DNA from: Silvimonas soli
GTDB lineage: Bacteria > Pseudomonadota > Gammaproteobacteria > Burkholderiales > Chitinibacteraceae
Direction of reading: 5' to 3'
NCBI RefSeq assembly: GCF_030035605.1
Contig: NZ_CP106736.1
Span: 2,966,097 to 2,998,096, forward strand
Length of the DNA: 32,000 nucleotides
The translations under genes and the position numbers were made by a program. The first letter of the stretch is position 1. Each line of letters begins with the position of its first letter. The notes below the pieces were generated by a model. It ran no database searches and had not been told where the DNA came from. It saw only the letters and a program-made list of their open reading frames with translations. Of this stretch, positions 15,765 through 24,272 are shown piece by piece.

Positions 15765-17054
15765 CTAATCAAACAGCCGATGCAGCGTACGCACCAGCCA
15801 GCGCTCGCGCTGGAACTCGCTCACCCGGCGCAACAGCCGGGCGTAGTCCAGCATCAAGCCAGGGGTCCAGGTCATGGTGTTGGCGCGAGTGCGCAACAAC
15901 GACAGCAACCAGATATTGGGATCAGTAAACAGGATGAAAAAACGGTACCAGGGCCGTGTGTGGCCGACCACGCCTTCCAGTGCCACGTCCAGGGCCAGCG
16001 CAACGGTGGTGGAGCAATTACGGCTGGTGAGATTGTATTTGGTGTCTTTGCGATAGATTTCCCAAAACGCCCGTAATGCCGGTTCGTTGTAATTGCGAAA
16101 CCAGATTTGCCGGTTGGGCTCGCACCAGGCGGCAACTTCCGTCTCGTACGATTCCAGAAAACGCCCGCGCGTGTCGTTTTCGACCCGAGAGTTCAGCATG
16201 TCGCGAAACTGCTGGGAAGAGGCATCCAGTTCATCCGCCGGATACAGGCTGATATACAGATCGGGCGGCAATTCCAGCGAAGAGTGGCCGGTGGATACTT
16301 TGCCGCTGGTATCCACAGCGGCGATGTAACGATCCACAATCGCCCGCCGCTGCGGATTGGGAATCGACCCCACCGGCGTCCAGATATGCACCATCAGGGG
16401 AAAAAAAGGCCGTTCGGCCCGGGTCGCAAAAATGGGGAGCTTTTCGTACCAGTACCAGTTGCGCTTGCGAAAATAAGGCATCGACAACACTGAGACATTG
16501 GGCGGCAAGCGGCGAAACTGAAACCCCAAATGGCACAGCATGTAGCCGGAGGAAATCATGACAATGCCAAAACATACCGAAAAGGTATGCAAATGGCTGA
16601 TGGGCCAATGCGTCATGACCTGGGCGGCAATGATGACTTCAAGCAATCCGGTTAGCAAACTGCGACGCCAGTAACGAAAGCGGATGACATGCGCCGACGC
16701 CATACGCAGGGTGCCATCGATCAAAAAGCCGATACCAAAAACCAGCGTGCTGCCCAGGCTGTCATCAAACGGCGCCCGAATCAACAGGCAGCCCAACAGG
16801 ATCAAGCCGCATTCACGCAGCAGTAAAACCCATTGGTGCCTGCGGCGCGCCAGGCTCAGATCGCTGAGCCCGACCACCCCTTCAATAATGCAAATGATGC
16901 CGAATACATCGCTGACAAACATCAGCAGCCAGCTCGCCATATTCAGCACGCTGGCGATGCCCACCATGATCAGGATGATCCCCATCATCGGCAGCTTATG
17001 CCATTCCCGGCGAAACGGCTCGGCACCAATCAAGAGAATAATGAGACGGATCAT
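15765..17054 (-). CDS. Integral membrane protein: about 6 TM helices (DUF308/HdeD-like) plus a ~240-aa soluble C-terminal domain with a His...Cys signature
   Basis: 429 aa, with AGAGGAG upstream of ATG 17054. The first ~190 aa are six hydrophobic segments. The C-domain contains STGHSSLELPPDLYISLYP and KYNLTSRNCSTTVALALD. Confidence 0.75.
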   Translation of the reverse strand: MIRLIILLIGAEPFRREWHKLPMMGIILIMVGIASVLNMASWLLMFVSDVFGIICIIEGVVGLSDLSLARRRHQWVLLLRECGLILLGCLLIRAPFDDSLGSTLVFGIGFLIDGTLRMASAHVIRFRYWRRSLLTGLLEVIIAAQVMTHWPISHLHTFSVCFGIVMISSGYMLCHLGFQFRRLPPNVSVLSMPYFRKRNWYWYEKLPIFATRAERPFFPLMVHIWTPVGSIPNPQRRAIVDRYIAAVDTSGKVSTGHSSLELPPDLYISLYPADELDASSQQFRDMLNSRVENDTRGRFLESYETEVAAWCEPNRQIWFRNYNEPALRAFWEIYRKDTKYNLTSRNCSTTVALALDVALEGVVGHTRPWYRFFILFTDPNIWLLSLLRTRANTMTWTPGLMLDYARLLRRVSEFQRERWLVRTLHRLFD

Positions 17055-17282
17055 CGCGCTCCTCTTTGAGCATATATCCGTAGCACAGTATTGATTTATT
17101 CTTACGAAAGTTGCCAGTATTTCGGGACTTGCGGCAACACTTTCTGGAGAAGGTCAGGCAGGAAGAGCTGAAGATTGCAGCGCGATGACAAACCGGAATG
17201 ATTTGCCAGAGGCACCGGCCAAGCCCCATGGGGCCAGGCCAGCTTTTAAAATAGCGGATAAAACGAGAGCTGCCAGCCCGAA

Positions 17283-18893
17283 TCAGGGCAGCGCGCGTTT
17301 GAAGATGGTGACCTGCTGGGCGGTCAGGCTCAATTCGTCAGTTTGAAGCTGAATATCAGCTTTGTCTGTTGTAGTGTAAAGAAACTGCCAATGCTGGTTT
17401 GCAAGTGCCGGCGGCAGCTTGAAGCTGGCCGGGCGACGGCTGTAATTCAGCGCCACCAGTATTTGTTCGCCCGCCGCTTCACGGGTGAATACCAGTACCG
17501 GATCATCGTCATCCGACAGCAATTTGAGGTTGCCGGTTTGCAGCGCAGGATGGGCTTTGCGCAACGCAATCAGGGCGCGATAGGTTTCCAGCAATGAACC
17601 GGGTTGGCCTTGTTCGGCGGCGACGTTGGCTGTGGCATGGTTGGCGGCCAGCGCGCGGAACGGTTTGGCGGTGGAGAAACCGGCGTTGGCCGAGTCATCC
17701 CAACTCATTGGCCCACGCAAACGCTGATCATCCCATTGCACGGGTTCGCTGAAAGTCTGGCCGATCTCTTCGCCGTAATACAAAAACGGAATGCCCGGCA
17801 GCGTCAGCAAAGTGGCTGCGGCAATCTTGTTGCTGGCGATATCGCCACCCAATTGTTGCGCGATGCGTGCTCCGGCAAAGGTGTCATGGTTGGATAAAAA
17901 CGTGCCCATGCGCGCAACGGGCTTTTGCTTGAGATAGCCGGTGAGCGTGTCCATGGTGCGGCCCATCTGCACGCTTTTGAGAATGGCCGTTTGCAGACCG
18001 AAAGCGAAGGCGCTGCCGGCGGAATCGCTGGCGGAAAACTCGGTAGGCGCACTGGGTACTTCTGCGACCATGTAGCGCTTGCCGTATTCGTTCAGCAAGT
18101 CATGAACACGCCGCATGATCTGGTGGTTTTCCGGTTGGTTTTCCCACAGATTGGGGCCGTTTTCCACCAGCGCGCCTACCGCATCAAAGCGGAAACCATC
18201 GACGCCGCGATTAAGCCAGAAGCGCAGGTTATCGAGATGGAACTCCAGCACCTGGGGGTTGCGGAAATTGAAATCGGGCATGGTGCTGGCAAACGCGCCG
18301 TAGTAATAACCGCCCGCTTTGCCCGCATACCAAGGGTCGCCGCCGTAGGTTTGCCAGCCTTTGGGTTTGTCGTTATGCCAGACATACCAGTTACGCCACG
18401 GCGAATTGCGCGCGCTGTTGGCGGCGGCGAACAGCGGGTGAGTATCGGCGCTGTGGTTCATGACGTAATCCAGAATCACGCCGATGCCGCGTTTGTGCGC
18501 TTCGGCCACCAGCCGGTCAAAATCAGCAAGTGTGCCGTAGTCCGGCTCGATATTCCGGTAGTCGGTAATGGCATAGCCGTGATCGTGATCGGCGCTGCGA
18601 TACACCGGCAGCAGCCAGATGCCGGTGATGCCCAGTGCTTTCAGATAATCCAGCCGGCGAGTCACGCCATTCAGATCGCCAATACCGTCACCGTTGCTGT
18701 CCTGGTACGAGCGCACCAGAATTTCCATGAATACGCCGCGCTGCTGCCAGTCTTGCGGCAAGCCACTGTCGTGCGCTTGGGGCGCGACCGGGCTGATATC
18801 GGCCGGGGCGGTCAGCTCTGCTGCCTGCAAAGGCTGGCCCAGTAGCAGGGCGGTGAGACTGGCCAGGCTAAAAAGCGAACGGGGCAAATTCAT
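17283..18893 (-). CDS. Secreted GH13 alpha-amylase-family glycosidase (alpha-glucosidase / oligo-glucosidase-like)
   Basis: 536 aa with signal peptide MNLPRSLFSLASLTALLLGQPLQAAE. GH13 regions are DSNGDGIGDLNG, DHGYAITDY, GVDGFRFDAV (nucleophile Asp), MVAEV (acid/base Glu) and FLSNHD. Confidence 0.9.
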   Translation of the reverse strand: MNLPRSLFSLASLTALLLGQPLQAAELTAPADISPVAPQAHDSGLPQDWQQRGVFMEILVRSYQDSNGDGIGDLNGVTRRLDYLKALGITGIWLLPVYRSADHDHGYAITDYRNIEPDYGTLADFDRLVAEAHKRGIGVILDYVMNHSADTHPLFAAANSARNSPWRNWYVWHNDKPKGWQTYGGDPWYAGKAGGYYYGAFASTMPDFNFRNPQVLEFHLDNLRFWLNRGVDGFRFDAVGALVENGPNLWENQPENHQIMRRVHDLLNEYGKRYMVAEVPSAPTEFSASDSAGSAFAFGLQTAILKSVQMGRTMDTLTGYLKQKPVARMGTFLSNHDTFAGARIAQQLGGDIASNKIAAATLLTLPGIPFLYYGEEIGQTFSEPVQWDDQRLRGPMSWDDSANAGFSTAKPFRALAANHATANVAAEQGQPGSLLETYRALIALRKAHPALQTGNLKLLSDDDDPVLVFTREAAGEQILVALNYSRRPASFKLPPALANQHWQFLYTTTDKADIQLQTDELSLTAQQVTIFKRALP

Positions 18894-18945
18894 GGTGATG
18901 GTTTCTCGTCTGGAGGCGCAGCGGCAATGCCTGCAAGCATATTTT

Positions 18946-18957
18946 CAAACCGGTTTG
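18946..18957. promoter_or_regulatory. Perfect 12-bp palindrome CAAACCGGTTTG, a candidate LacI/GalR-type operator upstream of the GH13 gene
   Basis: It lies 53 nt upstream of the GH13 start codon (18893) in the divergent GH13/GST region. The half-site ACCGGTTTG recurs at 19050-19058. Confidence 0.35.
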
Positions 18958-19130
18958 ATATCCAGTAAGGCGTGAACCTTAAAGGGGCGCTTGCTCTGCG
19001 TAATGGCGGCGCAATCGCGCCAGTGTCGCCAGCTCAAGCTTGATCCTCGACCGGTTTGCACAAATCTGCCGCGCTGCCTTTCCGGGTTTCAGCTACATTC
19101 TTATGGCATATAAAAACCCTGGACCGCCAC

Positions 19131-19802
19131 ATGATTACCGTTCATCACCTGAATAACTCCCGCTCCCAACGTGTGTTGTGGCTGCTGGAAGAACTGGGCG
19201 TGGAGTATGAAATCAAGTATTACCAGCGTGACAAAGCCACCATGCTGGCCCCGCCTCAGTTGCGGGCGATTCATCCGTTGGGCAAGGCGCCAGTGATTAC
19301 CGATGGCGATATCACGGTGGCCGAGTCCGGTGCCATTGTCGAATATCTGCTGGATCAGTATGGCGAAGGATATCTGCGCCCGGCTGCAGGCACCGCACCG
19401 CGCCGCCAGTTCACGTACTGGCTGCATTACGCCGAAGGTTCGGCTATGCCGTTGCTGGTGATGAGCCTGATATTTGGCAAGCTACCGCAACAGCCCATGC
19501 CGTTTTTTATCCGGCCGATCGTGCGCGGCATTGCCGATAAAGTACGCAAGGTGTTTCTGCGTCCCCAACTGAAAAACCACGCCGATTTCATGGAAGGGGA
19601 ACTGGCCCGTTCTGGCTGGTTTGCGGGCGACGAATTTACCGCTGCCGATATCCAGATGAGTTTTGTGGTGGAGGCTGCGGCAGCGCGTGGTGTGACTGAA
19701 GATCGACCGCATCTGGCAGCTTTTTTGAAAAACATTCACGCCCGCCCGGCGTATCAGCGCGCGCTCACGCGTGGCGGCCCTTATGAATTGATGGGCTCCT
19801 GA
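19131..19802 (+). CDS. Glutathione S-transferase (yeast GTT1-like subgroup)
   Basis: Started at ATG 19131, giving 223 aa. HHLNNSRSQRVLWLLEELGVEYEIKYYQRD...APPQLRAIHPLGKAPV closely parallels the GTT1-type N-terminal thioredoxin-fold block as I remember it. Confidence 0.88.
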   Translation: MITVHHLNNSRSQRVLWLLEELGVEYEIKYYQRDKATMLAPPQLRAIHPLGKAPVITDGDITVAESGAIVEYLLDQYGEGYLRPAAGTAPRRQFTYWLHYAEGSAMPLLVMSLIFGKLPQQPMPFFIRPIVRGIADKVRKVFLRPQLKNHADFMEGELARSGWFAGDEFTAADIQMSFVVEAAAARGVTEDRPHLAAFLKNIHARPAYQRALTRGGPYELMGS

Positions 19803-19927
19803 AGCAGGGCGCAGGCAGGTGTCCAGCGACGGGGTGAGCATCATCTTTTCCACGGGCATCATGCTTGGCGGGCACAGAATGCGAGTGTCAGTTTCTAGTC
19901 ATGCTCGGCTTGAATGAGTGTGACATT

Positions 19928-19954
19928 AGAGATAGTCTCTCGTTTTGCTTTTTT
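19928..19954 (+). terminator. Weak terminator-like hairpin with a T-tract between the GST and TPR genes
   Basis: AGAGA-TAG-TCTCT is followed by CGTTTTGCTTTTTT. The stem is only 5 bp. Confidence 0.25.
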
Positions 19955-19973
19955 CCCCTGACTGGTCTTTTTC

Positions 19974-20999
19974 ATGCAATCAAGCAAGTCTGCTGAAATC
20001 GCGGCATTGATCGCACAAAGTGAGCGCCTGACTTACTCTGATGCCGACGAAGCATTGCGCCTTGCCGAAGAAGCCGCCAGGCAAGTGCCCGGTAGTACCG
20101 ACTTGATGCTGGCCGTGCGCGCGTTGCAGCGTTGCGCCACCATGCAGCTGATTTTTGGCCAGATGCATGAGGGTCAGCGCTCCTTGCTCAAAGCCCTGAC
20201 CATAGCCGAGAAAGAAGACTTCGAGGCCGTGCGCGGCGAAATCATGCAGGACATGGCCGCCGTGTATTACACCATCGGTGAGTACGACGACGCCATTGAC
20301 TACTGGGCGGATTGCCTTGATCCAGCCAATGCGCTGTTCACCGTCGAAACCCGCGTGCATTCGCATATCGGTCTGGGCCAGATCTACTTTGCTCACGAAA
20401 ACTACGAGATGGCGCTGTCGCATCACCGCCGTGCCCAGCGCATGGCCGGGACTGCGCTGGCCGCCACTTTGCGTTGCCGGGTGCTGATCAACGTCGCCAC
20501 CGATTGCCTGCGTTTGTCTTTGCTGGATGAGGCAGAAAAGGCGCTGATTGAAGGGCTGGTGCTGGCTGAGCAAACCGGCCAGAACGAATATCAGGAAGAA
20601 ATCTCGGTGTATCAGTCCACCGTGGCGATGGATCGGGGTGACCTGGCTACGGCGGCCAATTGGCTGGACCGCGCCGAGAAAATAGAACATGTCTGTCTGT
20701 GGGGGCAGAATCTGCGCTTGCTGGCGCGCGGGCGCTTGCACATCATGAACAGCGAGTACGACGCTGCGCTCAATATCCTGCACCACGCGCTGGAACTGTC
20801 CGCTGAAATGGGCATCTCGCACAAAGCTTTTCAGGCGCATCACTTGCTGGCGCAGACCTACACGCATATGGGGCGTCCGGTGGACGCCGAGCAGCATCAT
20901 CGCCGCTATCTGGAAGTATTTACCCGGATCGTCCGGCCTGGCACCTATAGCCGCCTGCAACAACTGGAAACCCGTTTCCAGAACCTGCTGACCGACTGA
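19974..20999 (+). CDS. TPR-like all-helical protein, paralog 1 (341 aa), no recognisable output domain
   Basis: It has TPR-like repeats (VYYTIGEYDDAIDYW, GLGQIYFAHENYEMALSHHRRA, ...). It aligns collinearly with the ORF at 23094..24110. Confidence 0.75.
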   Translation: MQSSKSAEIAALIAQSERLTYSDADEALRLAEEAARQVPGSTDLMLAVRALQRCATMQLIFGQMHEGQRSLLKALTIAEKEDFEAVRGEIMQDMAAVYYTIGEYDDAIDYWADCLDPANALFTVETRVHSHIGLGQIYFAHENYEMALSHHRRAQRMAGTALAATLRCRVLINVATDCLRLSLLDEAEKALIEGLVLAEQTGQNEYQEEISVYQSTVAMDRGDLATAANWLDRAEKIEHVCLWGQNLRLLARGRLHIMNSEYDAALNILHHALELSAEMGISHKAFQAHHLLAQTYTHMGRPVDAEQHHRRYLEVFTRIVRPGTYSRLQQLETRFQNLLTD

Positions 21000-21106
21000 T
21001 CCGGTCTGCTCACCCTGGCTGCACTTGCCTTTGTGCCAATGTAACTTCGATTGGTCACGTTTTTCGTCCACAATGGCGGGGCTCAGTTCCTGGGGAGTAA
21101 CGCACG

Positions 21107-22264
21107 ATGAAGTCCTTCACTTTTTACAATCCCACCCGCCTGCATTTTGGTAATGGCCAGATCGCCCGACTGGCCGACGAAATCGCCCCCGGCAGCCGTG
21201 TGTTGCTGGTTTATGGTGGCGGCAGCGTCAAAAAAAATGATGTGTACGCACAGATCATGGCGGCGCTGGCCGGGTCTGAAGTCACGGAATTTGGCGGCAT
21301 TGAGCCTAATCCAGAGTTCGATACGCTGATGAAAGCGGTGGCTTTGGGGCGCGAGCAACGGCCAGACTGGATTATTGCTGCGGGTGGCGGCTCGGTATCA
21401 GATGGTGCCAAGTTCATTGCCGCTGCGATTGATCTGGACCCGGCACTGGATCCATGGTTGATCGTGGGTAATCGCATCAAGCTGGAATCCGCAGTGCCGC
21501 TGGGTGTGGTGCTGACGCTGCCTGCGACCGGCTCCGAAAGCAACCTTGCTTCGGTCATCACCCGTTCCAGTACGCATGACAAAATCTCTTTCAAGAATCC
21601 GCTGGTGTTCCCGCGCTTTGCAGTGCTTGACCCAGCGGTCATGGCCACCTTGCCGCCACGGCAGTTGGGTAACGGCGTGGTCGATGCCTTTGTGCACACC
21701 ACCGAGCAATATCTGACATTCCCCGCGCAGGCACACATTCAGGATCGATTGGCAGAAGGCATTCTGGCCACGTTGGCAGAAGTCGGCCCCAATCTGCTGA
21801 CCGCGCAAGACGACGAAGCGCGTGCCAACGTCATGTGGGCGGCCAATCAAGCCTTGTTTGGTCTGGTGGGGGTCGGGCAGCCGCAGGATTGGGCTACGCA
21901 CGCCATCGGCCACGAACTGACCGCGCTATACGGGCTGGATCATGCGCAAACGCTGGCGGTGACCTTGCCTTCACTACTGCGTTATTGCATTGCCGAGAAA
22001 GAAGCCAAGCTGGTGCAATATGCCAACCGGGTATGGGGTATTCCCGGCAGCGGCCCGGGCGTTGCCGCCGCAGCGATTGAAGCCACGGCCGATTTCTTTG
22101 AGCGCATGGGTGTGCCAGTGCATCTGGGTGCTTATGGGATAGACCCGGACCAAGCCGCAACCCGCGTGCAAGAGCAACTCATCCGCCACGGTCGCGCAGA
22201 TCTGGGCGAACACGGACGACTCTCTCCGGCCGATTGTGCGGCCATTGTGCGGGCGGCAGGTTAG
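21107..22264 (+). CDS. yqhD: NADPH-dependent iron-containing alcohol/aldehyde reductase, YqhD-like
   Basis: 385 aa. Long stretches match E. coli YqhD as I remember it: YGGGSVKKN, EFGGIEPNPEFDTLM, GGGSVSDGAKFIAAA, LTLPATGSESN, ANGVVDAFVHTTEQY, PQDWATHAIGHELTALYGLDHAQTLA. Confidence 0.88.
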   Translation: MKSFTFYNPTRLHFGNGQIARLADEIAPGSRVLLVYGGGSVKKNDVYAQIMAALAGSEVTEFGGIEPNPEFDTLMKAVALGREQRPDWIIAAGGGSVSDGAKFIAAAIDLDPALDPWLIVGNRIKLESAVPLGVVLTLPATGSESNLASVITRSSTHDKISFKNPLVFPRFAVLDPAVMATLPPRQLGNGVVDAFVHTTEQYLTFPAQAHIQDRLAEGILATLAEVGPNLLTAQDDEARANVMWAANQALFGLVGVGQPQDWATHAIGHELTALYGLDHAQTLAVTLPSLLRYCIAEKEAKLVQYANRVWGIPGSGPGVAAAAIEATADFFERMGVPVHLGAYGIDPDQAATRVQEQLIRHGRADLGEHGRLSPADCAAIVRAAG

Positions 22265-22286
22265 CTGTTGCAGCTCCTGGTTGGCG

Positions 22287-22559
22287 TCAGGCGCGGATAT
22301 CCTGATAAGCGGGGGTGGTGTCGAATTCATGCTTGGCAAAGGGGCATAGCGGGATAATCTTGCGGCCCTCTTTGCGCATCTTTTCCACCACCCGGGCGAC
22401 CAGTTGCTTGCCCACGCCTTGACCCTTCAAGCTCTCGTCCACCCAGGTGTGGTCGATGATGCTCAGCTTGTCGCCGGTGGGTACAAACACGATTTCGGCC
22501 ACCAGATTGTCCTCCGCATCGTTCAGATAGAACCGGTTTTCGCCTTCCAGAATGTTCAT
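22287..22559 (-). CDS. yjdJ: Small GNAT-fold acetyltransferase-like protein YjdJ
   Basis: Started at ATG 22559, giving 90 aa. [59 protein letters not shown] is nearly collinear with E. coli YjdJ. Confidence 0.85.
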   Translation of the reverse strand: MNILEGENRFYLNDAEDNLVAEIVFVPTGDKLSIIDHTWVDESLKGQGVGKQLVARVVEKMRKEGRKIIPLCPFAKHEFDTTPAYQDIRA

Positions 22560-22603
22560 GCCATGCTTCCCGTGTGTGGAGTTGCGTGCTATTTGGCCCG
22601 CAA

Positions 22604-22834
22604 TTACTTGGTGCGATATACCAGTGCGCCGCTGGGGCATTGATCGATTACCTGCATGACGGTGGCAACATCAGCGTTATCTGGCACGATCCAGGGCTTG
22701 CGCTCGAGCTTGAATATCCGGCTGTCGCCGCGAACGCATTTTCCGGCATGTTGACAGATCTTCTGGTTGAAATAGATGTCCACATCGTTTCCATGATAAA
22801 GCCGGTAACCCGCATCGATCAGTGCTTGTTCCAT
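22604..22834 (-). CDS. yjdI: YjdI-family small (4Fe-4S)-binding / DUF1271 protein
   Basis: 76 aa. [36 protein letters not shown]...[26 protein letters not shown] parallels E. coli YjdI. It lies 44 nt upstream of yjdJ, as in E. coli. Confidence 0.85.
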   Translation of the reverse strand: MEQALIDAGYRLYHGNDVDIYFNQKICQHAGKCVRGDSRIFKLERKPWIVPDNADVATVMQVIDQCPSGALVYRTK

Positions 22835-23093
22835 CGCCTGGTTCCTGTTCCGGAGGTAGTCGTCACGTGAGACGCCAACGCGGCAAAAAGCGCGGCGGCC
22901 AATATGACAACAGATATACGGGGACGTCTGCAGCTTCTGGCAGGTGGTTTGAACGCCTTGGCTGCCAGGGTGTCATCTATGATGAACATCTACAAACAGT
23001 AGTCCAGTCTGGCGCGGTTGGCATGCAAGACTGCTGCAACATGACAGTGCGAGGGTGTGCCTGTAGAAGCGCCCATTCCGGAGGATGTTGATT

Positions 23094-24110
23094 ATGGCGA
23101 CACAAGACATCGATGCCTTGCTTGATCGCGCACGGCGGCTGGTTTCGTCGCACAGTGGCGAGGCACTGGCACTGGCCGGACAAGCACGTGAGCTGGCCGT
23201 GGCCGAAGGCCTGCAAGGTTTGCAGGCCGCGGCGCTGGTGGTGGAAGCCCACGCCATGACCATGTTCGGCCAGCAGGCAGAGGCACTGGACGCTTTGCTG
23301 GTGGCGCTTGATCTGGGCGATCACCATGGCATGGGGCTGGCCCGTGGTGATGCGTTGCAGATGCTGGCCAGGGTCTATTACACCCGCGGCGAGTATGAAC
23401 GCGCCAGCGACTGCTGGTGCGCCTGCGTCGAACTGGAAGACGCAGATATTGCGCCAACCGTGCGCATTCGTGCCCACGTCGGCCTTGGCCAGTTGCTGTA
23501 TGCCCATGAGCAATACGACAGCGCGCTGGCGCACCACCGGCGGGCGCTGGTGCTGGCCGAAGAAAGCGACGATCCGCAACTGACTAGCAGTTGCCTCATC
23601 AATATCGCTGTTGATTTGATGCGATTGGGGCTGCTCAGTGACGCCATTGCTTCGCTCAAGCAGGCGCTACCGCTGGTGCGAGCCGACAAAAACTACGAGT
23701 ACGAAGCAGAAATTTACAGCGTACTGGGCCAGATTGACATGGCGCGTGGCGATATCGAGCGCGCCCGCATGAGCCTGATGGTGGCCCTCAAGATCAATCG
23801 CCTGCACGTCAATTCCTGGGGCGAAGCCAGCAATTTGCTGTGGCTGGGGCAATGCAGCCTGGCCGAGGGTTTGCTGGAAACGGCGGACGACGAATTGCGT
23901 AGCGCGCTGGCGCTGGCGCAATCCATGGGCTCGCAGCATTTGCTGGCCAATGCACACCATGCGCTGGCCACGCTGTGCCGCTCCAACGGACAGACCGAAA
24001 TCGCCGACAAGCATGAATTGAGCTACCGCGAATTACGGCGTCAATTACTGGAACATGCCCGCTCGCCGCGTCTGGCCACCATGGAATTACGCCTCTCGCC
24101 GGTGACCTGA
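23094..24110 (+). CDS. TPR-like all-helical protein, paralog 2 (338 aa)
   Basis: Started at ATG 23094, where GGAGG (23079-23083) is about 10 nt upstream; the ATG at 23085 is too close to it. Blocks shared with paralog 1 are VYYTRGEYERASDCW, GLGQLLYAHEQYDSALAHHRRA, LINIAVDLMRLGLL and MARGD. Confidence 0.75.
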   Translation: MATQDIDALLDRARRLVSSHSGEALALAGQARELAVAEGLQGLQAAALVVEAHAMTMFGQQAEALDALLVALDLGDHHGMGLARGDALQMLARVYYTRGEYERASDCWCACVELEDADIAPTVRIRAHVGLGQLLYAHEQYDSALAHHRRALVLAEESDDPQLTSSCLINIAVDLMRLGLLSDAIASLKQALPLVRADKNYEYEAEIYSVLGQIDMARGDIERARMSLMVALKINRLHVNSWGEASNLLWLGQCSLAEGLLETADDELRSALALAQSMGSQHLLANAHHALATLCRSNGQTEIADKHELSYRELRRQLLEHARSPRLATMELRLSPVT

Positions 24111-24272
24111 AAACACCCTTGGCATGCACCAGAATTGTTGCAACTGCACACTCGCCAGCCCTTATTTGATGCCATTTGGAAAAACCCCAGTAAAAATGGG
24201 ACTTTAGCTCCGCGTTTTTTCGATAAAATCGACCTTTAAACGTTGATTAAAAAAACCGCGAGCGCCCCCGCC

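Noticed and set aside
20997-21045. Possibility that TPR paralog 1 is a truncated TPR-GGDEF gene whose cyclase domain was lost just after ...NLLTD
   Set aside because: Reading on past the stop gives only 14 codons before another stop, with no DxLTGLxNR-like sequence. The paralog at 23094..24110 ends at the same relative position, so the short form looks ancestral and not a pseudogene.
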